This document shows, in pieces, positions 61,738 through 64,000 of a DNA stretch of 64,000 nt; position 1 is the first letter of the stretch, and each line of letters opens with the position of its first letter. Under the pieces are notes generated by a model. The model was not told the DNA's origin. It saw only the letters and a list, made by a program, of their open reading frames with translations, and made no database searches. A program made the position numbers and the translations under genes. This DNA is from Psammoneis japonica. Taxonomy: Eukaryota. The DNA lies in assembly GCA_008632985.1 (NCBI GenBank), contig QPGO01000013.1, positions 744,001 to 808,000 of the forward strand. Direction: 5' to 3'.

Positions 61738-63303
61738 ATGACGAAGACTTCCGGCGAATCATCTGAAAAAACTGATGCTCCTGCAATCAGGCAGTCAGGA
61801 GAAAAGAAGGAGGAATTCAGTGGCATGCACAAAATCCGAACCAGTCAAGACAAGCGAGTTGTTGGCATCACGGAGGGAATGGATGATGATGGAGACGAAT
61901 TTCTTGCGCAGCGAGAGCAGGCCACGACAGTGGAAGACTTATTCCAGGATGCACAAGCCGGTGCAACACCAGTGGAAAAATTGGAAGAGGAAGCTCGAGC
62001 TAAAAGTATCAAGAACCCCTTTGCGTTGTCAACATTGGGTTTCTGGGCGGCTTTGAAAATCATGATACTGTATCTTCTCACTTTGGAGACCGTACTCACA
62101 TGCTGCCTCACGGCTGGCCTTACGGCTTACTGGTACTATGAAGATGCTCAGTACCAAAATAAAACGGGCTGGGATGGTGGTGGTATGGACTTTGTTTTGT
62201 TGGGTTTCGCGGTCACCACTCCTCTGTCTGCTGCAATTGGCATGGCATTCACGCGACGTGAAGACGCACTTTTGAGTATCTCAGAATTTCGAGGCTCTTG
62301 TTATCAGCTTTACTTGGCCCATTCTCTCTGGGTTTGGAAGAAGTGGAATACCGCTGGCGACCGCGATACTCTCCTGGAACACTGCGATGCTCTCTTGGCG
62401 CAACTAATTGGTACGATTTCTTGTCGGCACCACCCATATGTTTGCTTTGTCCGGAATGATCGAACTCTCACTTTTCTTTTGAAAAACAGGCATCGGCGAT
62501 GAACTTGCTAGGTTTCTCAGTCTTCCTACTTCCTCCAGAGGAAGACATCGCATGACGATACTAGGACGAAGGGAGGCGCGTACGACAATGATTGCTGCCT
62601 ACCGCCTGTTTGCATCCTACGGAACAAGGCGCTTGGCATGCGTCAATGCCTACGGCGAGAAGATGAAGGACTTGGGCTTGTCTGGTTCGGAAGCTACACG
62701 CATACACTCTTATGAACGTCACATTTCCATAAGCTTGGAAAAGCTACGAAACACCAAGATGTATCGGACACCGCAAGCGCTTCGTTCTTTTGTACGAGTC
62801 TTTACGATACTCATGCCTCCATTCTACGCTCCAACTTTTGCCCAGCTCAGCTATGACCTTGGATCTGTTGGGTATGGTCTTGCTTTTGGAATCTTTACGG
62901 CGCTTGGTCTTTCTGCCTCTTTGAGAGTCTTGAAGTTCTGGAAGATCCGTTTGTCGCCTACGTTACATTGGATGGAATCAATGTTCAAGAAGAATTGGAA
63001 GTACTTCACTATTTGCAACTCGTAAATGCTCGAAAGCTCATCTTCCCAGATGCATCGCCCTATCCTTTAGGGCGGAGAGCTGCCCTGACTGGAAACCAAG
63101 GGCGCGTGGAGGAGATTCTATTGCCTGATCCAAAGGCCTTGTCAGATGAATCCAAGGGTGTTGCTGCAAGTAGCGGTTCAAAGGCAGATCAACCAAAACA
63201 GTTAGCAGGTGCTCCAATTGAGGAGCAGGAACATGGTCAGAAGCGGCGTTACAGTGTTTTCAAGTCCAGCATTTTTAAGAGGAGACCCCGTGTCAACAGG
63301 TAA
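61738..63303 (+). CDS. Bestrophin-like (UPF0187/YneE-type) anion channel; intron 62411-62489; apparent frameshift ~62915
   Basis: FAVTTPLSAAIGMAFTRREDAL, EKLRNTKMYRTPQALR and (shifted) ESLEVLEDPF; TM segments. Confidence 0.7.
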
Positions 63304-63499
63304 AACTTCAGCCTTCCGATTAGCCTTACTGTACCGTATGCATAAAATTCTATAATACATTCAACTACCGGTGTCTATTGTAGGTATGGGTGACAACGCG
63401 GAATGAAATGAGTTGGTTTCTTTTGCTATGCAAGATTTCATTGTCCAGGCGGTCGAGCTGTGAAAGACGACGTTACTGTGCATGCTCTCTGATCGCGTC

Positions 63500-64000
63500 A
63501 CAAGGTGCCACAGCCAGATAGAAGCACCATTGCGGCTGGAACGGCCCAGTGTGGAATGGAAACTCTCTCTGTCCCTTGCTCTGTTGTTCATGTAGGTAAT
63601 CATCATTTACCACCAATTAGTTGGAGACAGTGCCAGTTCAGTGGAAATGGGTACAACAAGCAGTTGGAGTTTTTTGTGGGTTTTGTGACAATCTGGTGCT
63701 CAACTGTTTGCTTCCCCCAATCATTTCCACTAAAGCCAACTGGAGCTGTTTTGTACATTGCCTGTCAACTTCATGCCTCAACATGAACATTGCAATGAAA
63801 TGCCGCCACCCCAACAAAGAAATCAGGCTCACTTTCCTGGCCATGCACACCTTCCATTTCTCCTGGAAATTTGAAAAGATGCAATGAATCACCTTGACAG
63901 GAGCAACACATGGCTGTTGGGATCAGCCTCTTTGACTTCTCCTCTGGCATCATGCACAACTTGCCACTGCCCCTGACACATTGCAGTGCACTCCAAAATT
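63500..64000. other. Start of a third TpA/CpG-depleted block, running off the window
   Basis: CpG almost absent after ~63545; no TpA seen after ~63756. Confidence 0.55.

Noticed and set aside
1..64000. tRNA, rRNA or intact transposase/reverse transcriptase genes
   Set aside because: None recognised by eye; tRNAscan-SE, Infernal and TE HMM searches would be needed to exclude them.

Overview
Eukaryotic, gene-dense DNA with short GT-AG introns, most likely a diatom or other stramenopile (a signal peptide + 'SAF' plastid-type motif, a DUF1800/DUF1501 protein and diatom-like gene families). Two things stand out. (1) A ~10 kb run (4948-15121) of six adjacent genes in three head-to-head pairs, which together look like a (glyco)sphingolipid biosynthetic gene cluster: TMEM144-like sugar transporter, Lag1/TLC ceramide synthase, DegT-like PLP enzyme, cytochrome b5-desaturase, SUR2-type sphingoid C4-hydroxylase, and a membrane glycosyltransferase-PAP2 phosphatase fusion. 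(2) Sharply bounded tracts (11420-12065, ~15200-21270, ~59760-61590, ~63500-64000) from which TpA has been almost erased, usually together with CpG. In the SUR2 gene this has turned conserved Tyr codons into His/Cys, implying a TpA->TpG/CpA hypermutation process that cytosine deamination cannot explain. The rest holds ordinary genes: M16 insulinase (3' part), SDR, histidine phosphatase, sulfotransferase-like, ankyrin protein, DOT1-like methyltransferase, ABCG transporter, TRRAP/Tra1, DEAD-box helicase, Mdm35-like twin-CX9C protein, kinesin, tandem-GT7 protein and a bestrophin-like channel. Many genes, including TRRAP, carry 1-bp frameshifts that are probably assembly errors. All assignments are from motif recognition by eye; no searches were run.
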